Shown here piece by piece: positions 13,401 through 26,341 of a stretch of DNA of 64,000 bases. Numbering within the stretch: the first letter of the stretch is position 1; each line of letters opens with the position of its first letter. Under the pieces are notes generated by a model. It saw only the letters and a program-made list of their open reading frames with translations, did no database searches and was not told the origin of the DNA. A program made the position numbers and the translations under genes. Source of the DNA: Chiloscyllium plagiosum (lineage: Eukaryota); assembly GCF_004010195.1 (NCBI RefSeq), contig NC_057751.1:10286589-10350588 (forward strand). The letters are read 5' to 3'.

Positions 13401-15553
13401 AAGGATAATAAGTTGGAGTACATCTCTATGGAGTTTTGTGCATTCCTAGATGTTTAACTCAGGCTTTGTTAGTAGCCCATCCGTCCTTTGGAAAACTACT
13501 AAAGCTTATGCCAGAGGGAAGAGATATTTCCTACTCTTCCAGCAGGAAGCAGCAGAAGGAATAGCAGCAATGTCTCCTCGAAGCATGCTTCAAAGCAGCT
13601 GAGAAGGCTTACTTTGACAGGCCCTAGTTGTCAAGCTACAGAGGATTACAGTGTTGTGGTCTACATTGAATTCCATGCTCTCAGACAGCAAAGAAGGAGC
13701 TTACCTTTGTAGAGCAAAGACTATATGAGCACAGTGACAGGCCTGGCAAATACTCAGCATTTCTTGCCAGGAATAGGAGCGTGCCTCAAGCCATTACGAC
13801 AATTAGGGAAGGGTCTGGGAACCAACATGTGACTCCAAAAAGATTAATGTGGCATTCCAGATATTTTACTCTAGGTTATCCCAATCTGAGGATTGTGAGG
13901 AGGAGTGAGACAAAATGGAGTCTTTTTATTTTTTCAAGGATCTGAGCTCCTGGGTATGACCCCCAAACAAAAGTCTCTTCTCAATGCCCCCTTATCAGAG
14001 CTAAGAGCTGCAGGAAGCTATGAAGCAGCTTCAGAGTGGAAGGGGACCTGGTCCTGACTGACCTCCCAGCGAATTCTACAAGGAATTTATAAACATTGTC
14101 AGGCCCAATGCTCAACATGTTCAAAGACTCATACAGCCGTGATTGTCTCCTGCCATCTCTGAGAGAGGCCAATATTTCACTTATTCTTAAAAAAGAAGGT
14201 CCTTATAGGACTGTGTGTCATACAGACCCATTTCACTCTTATGTGGACTTTAAAATGCTCTCTAAGACTCTTGCGTAAGGCTGGAGACTATTGTTTAAGA
14301 GGAACAGACTGGCTTCATAAAGGGCGGCAGCTCCTCCAATGATGTTAGGAGGCTGCTTGATATCGTTCAAGCATGTCAACAACACTCAATACAGGGATTG
14401 GTGATTTTCTTGACATGCTGAGAAGGCATTTGACAGAGTTGTGGCCATACCTTTTCTATACTCTGAAGCAGTTTGGCTTGAGTGAAGGTTCTCTACAGTG
14501 ACCCTCTCACTGCGGTCATCACCAGTGGGGTGGGATCAAACAATTTTAACATTTTTAGGGGCACCCTGCCGAGCAATTTGCAATAGGACCCATGCTTTAT
14601 AGTTGAAGATTGTCCACAGGGTCCCCTTGGCTCCAGACCGTTTGTCAAAATTTAAACCAGGGGTATCTTCAACATGTCTCAAGTGCAAAGTTGGTTTGGG
14701 CACTCCGAATCACTGTCTCTGGTTCCCTGGTAGGCTTCAAACATACTGGAGCGATGTGGCAGGTGCAATGGAGGGGATTTTCAGTGTAAGGGTGAAGGGC
14801 CTGGTCTCTCCTCTTCTTGGCCTGTCCAGTGTGTTCCCTGTGGATGAACACAAGAAAAAAAACATTTCAACATCCTCACTTTCTGCACAAGAAAGAATAT
14901 CTTGTCAGGTTGGGTGTCTGAAAGTTCCCTGGGCTTAGCGGGTTGGTGTAAGATTGTTATGGAGTATATCCCCTTGGATTTTCTCACAAGTATGGTACAC
15001 CACAAAACTGAGAATTTCTATCAGACATGGCAGCCGTTTTTGGAACACCTGGACACAGATTTATCTGTCACACTAATAAGGGCTTTTATATAACCGTAAC
15101 AAATATGCTTTACAAGTCTAATATCCAAGGAGGAGGAACTGCAAACGTATGAGTGTTATGTATGGCTGAATTGAGTTATTACTATTTATGAGTTTGTTGG
15201 TTATTATTTATTTAGTTAAATAGTTGGGGTTTTAAAAATATATATTTTTCTATGTATATTTATTCATTTGTACATGAGTGGTTGGCTTTTTTACTGTGTC
15301 CTTTCTTGGTATTGTTTTGTATTTGTAATACTAAAATCTATTTTTCAATAAAAACACTTCAAACAAGAGACAGTTGTAAATAATTGTTAGTTAAGGTCCT
15401 CTGTTAGACTTAAAAAACAAAGTCATTAATTTTAACTTAATTTAGTGACTTTTGGGATAGGTCTTTGCCTCATGAGTTTTAACACATTGCAGCAGAAGGT
15501 GAATCTTTTCTGTTGCTGGTTTAAAATGGCAGAGGGATTCACCCCAAATAACA
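10468..15553 (+). mobile_element. Solo LTR related to 7801-8564, split by an L1 insertion
   Basis: Starts tcTTATGAAG (degenerate TGTTAT) and ends ttcacccca..ATAACA like the 8564 end. Flanks ATAA/ACAA suggest a TSD with one mismatch. An alternative start at 10564 (ACAA|TGTAACA) would give a perfect TSD. Confidence 0.6.
10968..15363 (+). mobile_element. L1-clade LINE with 5' end, degenerate ORF1 and ORF2 and an internal RT deletion
   Basis: 5' GGGGAATCCAAGATGGtGG. ORF1 remnant LENMGRRKNIQIVGLLEGKEG. APE endonuclease TWNIKG...KVDIVLLQETQL and ISDHAPV. RT KAFDRV. C-terminal CLKC...HCLW. AATAAA at 15347. Many frameshifts and stops. Confidence 0.9.
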
Positions 15554-15826
15554 ACAAGTCTGTACCACTATAAAGTGTCTCTCTCAAACGTGAATTGGCT
15601 TAACATGATTTAAGAATTTAGAGCATTAGTTGTAGAACACGAGCTTTTCTTAACTGTATCTCATATAATGAGATTCTGGCTTCATCAGTTCAAATGGCTA
15701 AGCTACTGCAAGATTGCCTTCACATGAGATTGCTGGGGAATGGTACTATTGCGTTAAATCAGAACTGACTGTATCTGCATAATGTGCAATTTGTCATAAA
15801 CCGTTCGCTGACATGGAGCTCCATCA

Positions 15827-15916
15827 GAGTCAAAAAGTGTGGTGCTGAAAAAGCACAGCCGGTCAAGCAGGAGCAGGAGAGTCGATGTTTCGAGCATAAG
15901 CTCTTCTTCAGGAATG
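15827..15916 (-). mobile_element. Penelope-like mini-insertion with hammerhead core and a 13-bp TSD
   Basis: TGGAGCTCCATCA at 15814-15826 and 15917-15929. Minus strand reads CUGAAGA-A-GAGC-UUAU-GCUC-GAAA-CAUC. Confidence 0.8.
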
Positions 15917-17216
15917 TGGAGCTCCATCAACAAGTTGTTATGCTGTAAAACAACAGCAACTGACAATGATCATGCAGATGAGTAATTAAATGCTGCATCC
16001 ATTTGCTGTAGAATCACCATCTCGGAAACTCTGAAAACATGCTGCAAACACAGCAGTCATGAGTGCAACCATCATTTACTGGTGCAAGCAATCTTTTTAT
16101 GACCTGATTTTAATATGTCTCACTGAGCAAAGAGCTGAACCCTCCCATAACTCTTGAGTTCCTTGATTTTGCGAAATAATCGTACAACTCGTGCCCTTTA
16201 CCTATAGCATAACGAAGCTTCCTGTCTGGTGTGAAATTTTAAGTTTCCTCTGTGTACACATGAATGCCTTCATATTTATTTCTGACGTCTGCTGTCTTGA
16301 ATTTGCCAAAACATTTTGGAGTTAGGTTTTCACCAGCATGTGTGGTGTTTGTGGATCACTAACTTTGTAGCTCCTCCTGTCTGTACCTCAATTTTAAAGT
16401 GAGAAACCTTTTATGACTTTAAACCATTGGTCGTCTTAGCTGTCAAATATTTGTGTACCAGTATAGGATTTAAAATTGCCATTCCTCAGTGTTCCTTTTA
16501 AAATCGATCACTTGACAGCTCATTGGGATATAAATACATGATACATTTCCTCTGTTTAGATGTTTAAATGTGGAGAATTTCTTGGCAGAGGGTAGTCAAT
16601 CTGTGCAATTGTTAACCATAGAATACTGGAGAGGTGGTCATGAAATACGTTCAGAGCTAATTGTTAATCCATCATGTCATTGAAGGTGCTGGTGGTATGG
16701 CAGGAAAGTGGGAGTTTAGCATTAATAGGTCAACTGTCATCTCATTGAATGTTGGAGTAGACTTGAGGGACCAAATGGCCAATTATCTTAGGGTGTAACC
16801 TGCTCCTAAATGAAGTGGAGATAATCTGTGTCCTTGAACTAAATTTCACAGTCAATCTATTAACACCTTTGTCTGTAAGTATCTCTATATATTCTCAAGC
16901 TGCTCAACACCATGCATCGCTGTCCACAGCCTATAAGGAAGCAAATTGCACGTTAGCTGTTTGGACAAGATGATTTCTGATTTTTATCTTCGCTCAAAGG
17001 TGAAAATGTTTGCCCCTTTCTCACAGGAAGTAATGTCTTTGTATTCAGGTTATTGTTTTACATTGACAAACACTCAAATTCTTTTGAATTGAACCCTTTG
17101 ACTCCATTATTTTCCTTTTGGAAGGACAAGTGGTGAAAAGTCTTAATACTGCAAGGGATCTTTGCACAATGGGGCAAGGAACAAATATCCAGGTGCATGA
17201 ATTTGGACCTCCTGAC

Positions 17217-17238
17217 TTGTTTGTTTGTTTGTTTGTTT
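17217..17238. repeat. (TTGT)n microsatellite
   Basis: ttgtttgtttgtttgtttgttt. Confidence 0.8.
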
Positions 17239-17607
17239 TGACATGACTGTGTGCATTGTGTTTTCATACACTAACAATTTGGGAGCAGGCATTAAATTCT
17301 TTATTGCTCATGTCGCCAGAATTAGTTTCAGCTGTATTTAGGGATTTATGCTTCATCACATTCGGCAAACTAAGATGACAACATCCACTTATTAGTTATT
17401 GTTAATTGAACTTGCACTTCTTCAGTACAGTGATCACCAATGTTGAACAGATTGACCTGCATCCATGTTGGATTATGTTCTGCAATATTTGAATTAGTTT
17501 GTCTGTATTTATTAATGAAGCCAGGATATTATTGTACTTCATGAAAGCTTTCCAGCACTGAGCATGGCATTGATTAGTAATTTTTGAATGTTGCTCTCTT
17601 TCCAAAG

Positions 17608-17700
17608 GCTCTTGAGGATTATGATCCCGACCGCTTTGAACTGTTCACTATTGCAACACTAACTGGGCATGCTATTCGAGCTGTTGGTGGCAACTACTCG
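17608..17700 (+). CDS. M17 aminopeptidase-like, in-window exon 8
   Basis: ccaaAG|GCTCTT...TACTCG|GTgagt. ALEDYDPDRFELFTIATLTGHAIRAVGGNYS, containing the M17 ATLTG motif. Confidence 0.95.
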
Positions 17701-20510
17701 GTGAGTATGATCAGGTTTATGATCTACACACATCCTGAAGTATGTTGAATAATGCAACAGATCTCCGCTACCTGGAAAATAAACTTAAGGTGAAGGGACC
17801 CTTGGTAGGCAGTGATCATAATATAACTGAATTTTCTTAGCAATTTGCAAGGGAGAAGACCAGAATCAGAGGTAACAGTATTGCAGCTCAATAAAGGCAA
17901 TCACAGAAGCATGAGGGAGTAGTTGGGTAGAATTGACTGGGACAGCAGGAAAGACAGTGGAACAACAATGGCAGGAGTTTCTGGGAGTAATTCATGAGAT
18001 ACAATAGAGGTTCATCCCGAGAAGAAAGAAATATAGTACAGGGAGGATGAGGCAATCATGGCTGACTTGGGAACTCAGGGACAGCATAAAACCAAAAGTG
18101 TGTGTATAATGTGGTGAGGGGGAGTGAGAAACCAGAGATTTGGGAAGTTTACAAAGACCAACAGAGGTCAACAAAAAAAAGAGAAAATGAAGTATGAGGG
18201 TAAGTTAGCCATAATATTAAGGAAGACTAAGAGTTTCTTTAGATATAAAGGGCAAAAAGAGGCAAAAGTGGACTTTGAGCCACTGGAGGGACAGTAGTGG
18301 GGAACAAGGAAATGACTGAGGAACTGAATAATTACTGTGCTGGAATCTTTGTGGTGGAAGAAATGAGTAATATCCCAGAAATTCAAGACGGTGAGGGGGC
18401 AGAGCTGAGTATGGCAGCCATCACCAAGGAGAAGGTGTAAAAAAAATAGTAAGTGGCCTGAAGGTTAATAAATTACCTGGACCAGATGGACAACACCCCA
18501 GAGTTCTCCGAGATAGCTGAAGAGATAGTGGAGGCGTCAGTGGTGATCTGTTTCAAAAAGGAGTCAAGCAAAAGATGGAAAATTAAAGACCAATTAGCCT
18601 AACCTCAGTCATAGAGATGTACAGCATGAAAACAGACCCTTCGGTCCAACCCGTCCATACCGACCAGATAGCCCAACCCAGTCTAATCCCACCTGCCAGC
18701 ACCCAGCCCATATCCCTCCAAACCCTTCCTATTCATCTACCCATCCAAATGCTTTTTAAATGTCGCAGTTGTACTAGCCTCCACCACATCCTCTGGCAGC
18801 TCATTTCATACATGTACCACCCTCTGCGTGAAAAAGTTGCCCCTTAGGTCTCTTTTATATCTTTCTCCTCTGGACTCCCCCACCCCAGGGAAAAGACTTT
18901 GTCAAACACCTTCGTCACTATCCTATCTACCTGCGACTCCATTTTCAAGGAGCTATGAACCTGCACTCCAAGGTCTCTTTGTTCAGCAACACTCCACATT
19001 ACCTTACCATTAAGTGTATAAATCCTGCTGAGATTTGCTTTCCCAAAATGCAGCAGATCGCATTTATCTGAATTAAACTCCATCTGCCATTCTTCAGCCC
19101 ATTGGCCCATCTGGTCCAGATCCTGTTGGAATCTTAGGTAACCCTCTTCACTGTCTACTACACCTCCAATTTTGGTGTCATCTGCAAACTTACTAACTGT
19201 ACCTCTTATGCTCGCATCCAAATCATTTATGTAAATGACAAAACGTAGAGGGCCCAGCACCGATCCTTGTGGCACTCCACTGGTTAAAGGCCTCCTGTCT
19301 GAAAAACACCCTCCACCACCACCCTCTGTCTTCTACCTTTCAGCCAGTTCTGTTTCCAAATGTCCCTCAGGATTCCCTCCAACAACTTGCCCACCACCGA
19401 GGTCAGGCTCACCGGTCTATAGTTTCCTGGCTTGTCTTTACTGTCCTTCTTAAACAGTGGCACCACGTTTGCCAACCTCCAATATTCTGGCACCTCACCT
19501 GTGACTATCGATGATACAAATATCTCAGCAAGAGGCCCAGCAATCAGCTTCTCTAGCTTCCCACAGAGTTCTCGGGTACACCTGATCAGCTCCTGGAGAT
19601 TTATCCACCTTTCACCGTTTCAAGACACCCAGCACTTCCTCCTCTGTAATCTGGACATTTCGCAAGATGTTACCATCTATTTCCCTACAGTCTATATCTT
19701 CCATATCCTTTTCCACAGTAAATACTGATGCAAAATGTTCATTTAGTATCTCCCCCCTTTTCTATGGCTCCACACAAAGGCCGCCTTGCTGATCTTTGAG
19801 GGGCCCTATTTTCTCCCTCGTTACCCTTTTGTCCTTAATATATTTGTAAAAACCCTTTAGAATTAAGGAGAATCCATTTGCCAAAGCTATTTAATGTCCA
19901 GTTTTGCCCTCCTGATTTCCCTCTTAAGTATACTCCTACTTTCTTTCTACTCTTCTAAGGATTCACTCGATCTATCCTGTCTATACCTGACATATGCTTC
20001 CTTTGTTTTCTTGACCAAATCCTCAATTTCTTTAGTCATCCAGCATTCCTTATACCTACCAGCCTTCCCCTTCACCCTGACAGGAATATACTTTCTCTGG
20101 ATTCTTGTTATCTCATTTCTGAAGACTTCCCATTTTCCAGCCGTCCCTTTACCTGCGAACATCTGATTCCAATCAGCTTTCGAAAGTTCTTGCCTAATAC
20201 CGTCAAAATTGGCCTTTCTCCAATTTAGAACTTCAACTTTTAGATCTGGTCTATCCTTTTCCATCACTATTTTAAAACAAATAGAATTATGGTCGCTGGC
20301 CCCAAAGTGCTCCCCCACTGACACCTCAGTCACCTGCCCTGCCTTATTTCCCAAGAGTAGGTCAAGTTTTGCACCTTCTCTAGTAGGTACATCCACATAC
20401 TGAATCAGAAAATGGTCTTGTACACACTTAAGAATTTCCTCTCCGTCTACACCTTTAACTCTATGGCAGTCCCAGTTGATGTTTGGAAAGTTAAAATCCC
20501 CTACCATAAC

Positions 20511-21014
20511 NNNNNNNNNNNNNNNNNNNNNNNNNNNNNNNNNNNNNNNNNNNNNNNNNNNNNNNNNNNNNNNNNNNNNNNNNNNNNNNNNNNNNNNNNN
20601 NNNNNNNNNNNNNNNNNNNNNNNNNNNNNNNNNNNNNNNNNNNNNNNNNNNNNNNNNNNNNNNNNNNNNNNNNNNNNNNNNNNNNNNNNNNNNNNNNNNN
20701 NNNNNNNNNNNNNNNNNNNNNNNNNNNNNNNNNNNNNNNNNNNNNNNNNNNNNNNNNNNNNNNNNNNNNNNNNNNNNNNNNNNNNNNNNNNNNNNNNNNN
20801 NNNNNNNNNNNNNNNNNNNNNNNNNNNNNNNNNNNNNNNNNNNNNNNNNNNNNNNNNNNNNNNNNNNNNNNNNNNNNNNNNNNNNNNNNNNNNNNNNNNN
20901 NNNNNNNNNNNNNNNNNNNNNNNNNNNNNNNNNNNNNNNNNNNNNNNNNNNNNNNNNNNNNNNNNNNNNNNNNNNNNNNNNNNNNNNNNNNNNNNNNNNN
21001 NNNNNNNNNNNNNN
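20511..21014. other. Assembly gap (504 N)
   Basis: Run of N. Confidence 1.
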
Positions 21015-23715
21015 ATAGGGGACTCCATAGTGAGAGGAACTGACCGGGGTTTTTGTGGCAGCAGGCGGGACTTAAGGATGGTGTGTTGCCTTCCTGGTGC
21101 CAGGGTTAAAGACATCTCAGACAGAGTGCAGGAAATCCTCAAGGACGAAGGTGAAGAGCCAGAGGTGGTGGTACATGTCGGCACAAATGATGTTGGGAAG
21201 AAGAGGAGGAACATACTACAGCGGGACTTCGGAGAACTGGGAAGAAAGCTGAAAAGCAGGGCGTGCATGGTGGTTATCTCCGGCTTGCTTCCAGTTCCTC
21301 TGGCTGGTGAGGCCAGGAACAGGGAGATAATGGACTTGAATGTGTGGCTGGGCAACTGGTGCAGGAAGCAAGGATTTAAATTCTTGGATCACTGGGTATG
21401 TTTTATGGTAAGCATAAATTATACAAGAGAGATGGTTTGCACCTTAATAGGTTAGGGACCAGCATTCTGGCAGGCAGGTTTGCTACTGCAACACAGCTAC
21501 GTTTAAACTAAGTAGCTGGGGGGAGGGGACAAACTGGATGTTTTAGAAGGAAATTGAAGGGAAAGTTAGAACAAGGGAAGTCAAGAAAGACAACTGTATC
21601 AATGAGGCAGAAAACGCAAAATGGGATCATGCTGTAAGGTTGAATGAAATAGGAGTTGATGGGAAGGGTGAGGGCAGTAACAAATTAACATTACTATACA
21701 TGAATGCGCGAAGCATTAGAAATAAGATGGATGAGCTTTTGGAAATTGGCAGATACGATATTGTGGGGATAACTGAGACGTGGCTTCAAGTGGACAGGGC
21801 CTGGGAAATGAGTATTCAAGGCAACACCTGCTTTCGTAAAGACAGACTGATGGGCGGAGGGGGTGGGGTGGCCATGTTGCTAAGGGATGATATTCAGTCC
21901 CTTGTGCGGGGGGATCTAGAATCTGGGGATGTAGAGTCAGTGTGGATAGACCTGAGAAATTCTAAGGGTAAAAAGACCCTCTTGGGAGTTATCTACAGGC
22001 CCCCAAACAGTAGTCTGGATGTCGGATTTTAGTTGAATCAGGAGCTGAAATTGGCCTGTCGCAAAGATGTTACTGCAGTTGTTATGGGGGATTTCAACAT
22101 GAAGGTAGACTGGGAGAATCAGGATGGTATTGGACCTCAAGAAAGAGACTTTGTGGAGTGCCTCCGAGATGAATTCTTAGAACAGCTGGTGCTGGAGCCT
22201 ACCAGGGAGAAGGCAATTCTGGATCTGATATTGTGCAACAAACCAGAATTGATCAGGGACCTCGAAGTGAAGGAGCCGTTGGGAAGTAGTGACCATAATA
22301 CAATAAGCTTCAATCTGCAAATTGAGAGGGAGAGGGTACAATTGGAAGTGACAATATTTCTGTTGAATAAGGGCAACTATGGAGCTATGAGGGAGGAGCT
22401 GGCCAAAGTTCAATGGTGCAATACCTTAGCAGGGATGACCGTGGAGGAACAATGGCGGATATTTCTGTGTATAATGTAGAAGATGCAGGATCAGTTCATT
22501 CCAAAAAGGAAGAAAGATCCTAGGAGGAGGCTGACGAGGGAAGTTAAGAAAAATATAAAGTTAAAAGAGAAAAAGTACAACATAGCAAAGATAAGTGGGA
22601 AAACTGAGGACTGGGAAGAACAACAGAGGATTACGAAGAAGGAAACACGCAGAGAAAAAATGAGGTACGAAGGTAAACTGGCCAAAAATATAAAGGCGGA
22701 TAGTAAAGGTTTTTTAGGTATGTGAAAGGCAAAAAAATGGTTAAGACTAAAATTGGGCTCTTGAAGACAGAAACAGGGGAATATATTACAGGGAACAAAG
22801 AAATGGCAGAAGAATTGAATTGTTACTTCAGATCTATGTTCACTGGGGAAGACACAAGCAATCTCCCTGAGGTAACGGTGGCTGAAAGACTTGAACTGAA
22901 GCGAATTTATATTTGCCAGGAATTGGTGTTGGAGAGACTGTTAGACCTGAAGGTTGATAAGTCCCCGGGGCCTGATGGTCTACATCCCAGGGTACTGAAG
23001 GAGGTGGCTCGAGAAATTGTGGATGCGTTGGTGATTATTTTCCAGAGTTCGATAGATTCAGGATCAGTTCCTGCGGATAGGAGGGTGGCTGATGTTGTAT
23101 CACTTTTTAAGAAAGGTGGGAGAGAGAAAGCAGGAAATTATAGACCAGTTAGTCTGACCTCGGAGGTGGGAAAGATGCTGGAGTCTATTATAAAGGATGA
23201 AATTACGACACATCTGGATAGTAGTAACAGGATAGGTCAGAGTCAGCATGGGTTTATAAAGGAGAAATCATGCTTGACTAATCTTCTGGAATTTTTTGAG
23301 GATGTAATTCTGAAGATGGGAGGAGGATGTTAGGAGATTACAGGGTGACCAGGAAAGACATTCTGGCTATTGAGGGAGTGCAGCGTAGGTACACGAGGTC
23401 AATTCCTGGAATGGCGGGACTACCTTACGCTGAAAGACTGGAGCGACTGGGCTTGTATACCCTTGAGTTTAGAAGACTGAGAGGGGATATGATTGAGACA
23501 TATAAGATTATTATTTCCTCTGGAGGCAGGAAACCTGTCTCTGCTGATGGATGAGTGCCAAACCAGAGGACACAGCTTAAAAATACAGGGTAGACCATTT
23601 AGGACAGAGATGAGGAGAAACGTCTTCACCCAGAAAGAGGTGGGTGCGTGGAATGCTCTGCCCCAGAGGGCAGTGGAGGCCCAGCCTCTGGATTCATTCT
23701 ATTATCTTATTGTCT
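21015..23715 (+). mobile_element. CR1-C with SGNH/GDSL esterase ORF1 and endonuclease/RT ORF2, internally deleted
   Basis: IGDSIVRGTD..CCLPGARVKD..VHVGTND..DGLHL; LYMNARSIRNK..ITETWL; MGDFN; SPGPDG..NYRPVSLTS. Jumps at about 23330 to the 3' end; tail ttctattatcttattgtct. Confidence 0.9.
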
Positions 23716-25513
23716 ACCCTATTATTCTCACAGATAACTGAGATCTCCTTACAAGTTTGATTCTCAATTTCCCTCTGACTTATTGGGGGGGTCTATAATA
23801 TAATCCCAATAAGGTGATCATCCCTTTCTTTCTTCTCAGTTCCACCCAAATAACTTCCCTGGATGTATTTTCGGGAATATCCTCCTTCAGCACAGCTGTA
23901 TTGCTATACCTTAGCAAAAATGCCACTCCCCCTCCTCTCTTGCCTCCCTTTCTATCCTTCCTGCAGCATTTGTATCCTGGAACATTAAGCTGCCAGTCCA
24001 GTCCATCCCTGAGCCATGTCTCTGTAATTGCTATGATATCCCAGTCCCATGTTCCTAACCATGCCCGGAGTTCATCTGCCTCCCCTGTTAGGCCCCTTGC
24101 ATTGAAATAAATGCAGTTTAATCTATTAGTCCCACCTTGGCCCTGCCTGCCCTGTCTGCCTGCCTGTCTGTCGTTCTCAGCTGTACCTGTCTCAGATCGA
24201 TTTCTTTCCTCCCTGGATCCTCCCCCCCCCCACCTTACTAGTTTAAATCCATTGGTAAGATCCTGGAATCCATTGTGAAGAATGACATTTCTGAATACTT
24301 GGAAGTGTATCATAAAATAGGGCAAAGTCAGCATAGTTTCATCAAGGAGGTCATGCCTGATAAATATTGTGGAATCCTTTTGAGAAAGTAGTGAGCAGGT
24401 GAGACCAAGGAGAGCCAATGGATGTATTTTACCTGTACTTGAAGGTATTTGACAAGGTGCTGCCACAGGAGGCTACTGAGTAAGTTAAGGGCCCATGCCG
24501 TTAGAGGCAAGATATCCAGCAGAAAGCAGAGAGTGGGAATACAACAGTCTTTCTCAGAATGGCAGCCGATGACAAGTGTTCCACAAAGCTGTGTTGGGTC
24601 CACAACCTTTCACTCTATACATTTAACGATCTAGATGAAGAAACTGAGGGCATTATGGCTAAGTTTACAGATGATACAAAGATAGCTAGAGGGACCAGTA
24701 GCATTGGGGAGGCTGTCGAAGGGTTTGGATAGATTAGCAGAATGGGCAAAGAAGTGGCATGTGGAATACAACGAATTCAGAAGTCTGACATGCAAAGAGA
24801 CTTGGGAGTTCTTGTCCAGGATTCTGTCAAGGTAAACGTGCAGATTGAGACAGCATTTGGAACGCAAATGCAACAATGGCATTGTACTTGCGAGGGATGT
24901 ACTTCTGAGGCTCGATAAGGCTCTGGTCAGGCCACATTTGGAGTATTGTGTGCAGTTTTGGGCCGTATATCTCAGGAAGGATGTACTGGCCCTAGAGCGT
25001 TTTCAGAGGTGGTTCACGATAATGAAAAGCTTAACATATGAGCAACATTTTGAGCATTCTGGGGCTATACTCAATGGAGTGTAGAATGATGAGGGGGGGG
25101 AATGTAAATGAAAAATACCGAATACTAAATGGCATGGACAGAGTAGGTGTTGGCAAGATGTTTCTATTGATAGGAGAGACTAGGACCCGAGGACACAGCC
25201 TTTCGAGTAAAGAACCGAGATAAGGAGAAACGTCTTCAGCCAGAGATTGGTGAATCTATGGAATTCACTGCCACAAAAGCATGTGGAGGTCAGGTCATGG
25301 AACATAATTAGGACTGAGATAGGTTCTTGAGTATCAAGGGTTGTGGGGAGAATGCAGGAGAATGGGGTTGAGAAACTTAATAGCTATGATTGAATGGCAG
25401 AGCAGTCTCAATAGGCTCAATGGCCTAATTGCTGCTCCTGGATCTTGTGGTCTCATGGTATTCATATCCTGTAAAGATGCTTTATAGAATAGAACTGCCT
25501 TTATTGACACACA

Positions 25514-25606
25514 AGAGATGGAAATGTGTTGCTGGAAAAGCGCAGCAGGTCAGGCAGCATCTAGGGAACAGGAGAATCGACGTTTCGGGCATTAGCCCTT
25601 CTTCAG
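25514..25606 (-). mobile_element. Penelope-like mini-insertion with an intact hammerhead core
   Basis: Minus strand GUC-CUGAAGA-A-GGGC-UAAU-GCCC-GAAA-CGUC-GAU. Possible TSD GACACACA/GACATACA. Confidence 0.8.
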
Positions 25607-25980
25607 GACATACAGTACAGTGAAATGTTTTTAATGTGGCCTCTCAGCACCATCTTAGTCACAGAATTGGACGAGTATCAAAAATATTAGCATGGCAATA
25701 TACAGTTTACAAGTCCAGAATGAGAACAAAAAATGTCATCATTACAGACTCCAACATGAGTCCTCCTGGCTGCTCACTTTGTTCCTGAATTCAAGTAGAC
25801 ATCCTGTGTTTCATGGTCTTGGGAGTTCAGCTGTCCTGTGTGACTTGTGCTGCAAAATGAAGCTTGGACAATCGAAGAGTGCCTTTTGCATATTAATTTG
25901 TTTAACTATTATTTAACTCTGTTTAATATTATTTGGAAAATCAATGGTCTACTTATGATTTCACATGAAAAATCTGATTT

Positions 25981-26178
25981 TCATGAATGTATTCCTGGCT
26001 GCTTTCTGTGAGGACACCTGCATAATTTTTCTTTGAAACTTGGTTAACCTCATATGTTGAAACTTTATTGCTGGAACAGCACAGCAGGTCAGGCAGCATC
26101 CAGTCATGAATGTATTCCTGGCTGCTTTCTGTGAGGACACCTGCATAATTTTTCTTTGAAACTTGGTTAACCTCATAT
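25981..26178. repeat. Perfect 75-bp direct duplication flanking a 48-bp PLE fragment
   Basis: 25981-26055 is identical to 26104-26178. Spacer 26056-26103 contains gctggaacagcacagcaggtcaggcagcatcc. Confidence 0.95.
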
Positions 26179-26341
26179 ATGTTCCTGTGCATTTTTGTGC
26201 AGTCTTAATGTTTTGAACATAACTTGCTACTTTGTGCTGAACTGAGACATGTCACACTCATTGCATTGTCTCTCACTTTAATCGAAAGTTACTTTCTCTT
26301 TAATAGACTGTCAACAAATGTGCTTTCTTCCTTTGGTTTAG

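Larger units (their letters stand above)
18609..24249 (-). mobile_element. CR1-B (ORF2 from endonuclease to tail), split by CR1-C and the gap
   Basis: [14 protein letters not shown] (18844-19275), VGDFNFP..LDLLL..SDHN (19947-20507) and CIYFNARGL..ITETWL (23780-24250). Positions 20510 and about 23716 are contiguous CR1 sequence. Confidence 0.88.
17840..25450 (+). mobile_element. CR1-A (older, + strand); host of the nested insertions 18609-24249
   Basis: The RPISLTS junction 'ttagcctaacctcagtc' at about 18610 resumes as 'cattggtaagatcctggaatcc' at about 24250. Downstream LVRPHLEYCVQFW and a CR1 3' UTR to about 25450. Confidence 0.8.

Noticed and set aside
20412..21455. Long 347, 284 and 180-aa ORFs
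   Set aside because: Artefacts of reading through the N gap; the real part is CR1 ORF1 esterase.
25981..26178. Repeat-spacer-repeat resembling a CRISPR array
   Set aside because: Only two 75-bp units, the spacer is a PLE fragment, the context is a eukaryotic intron, and there are no cas genes.
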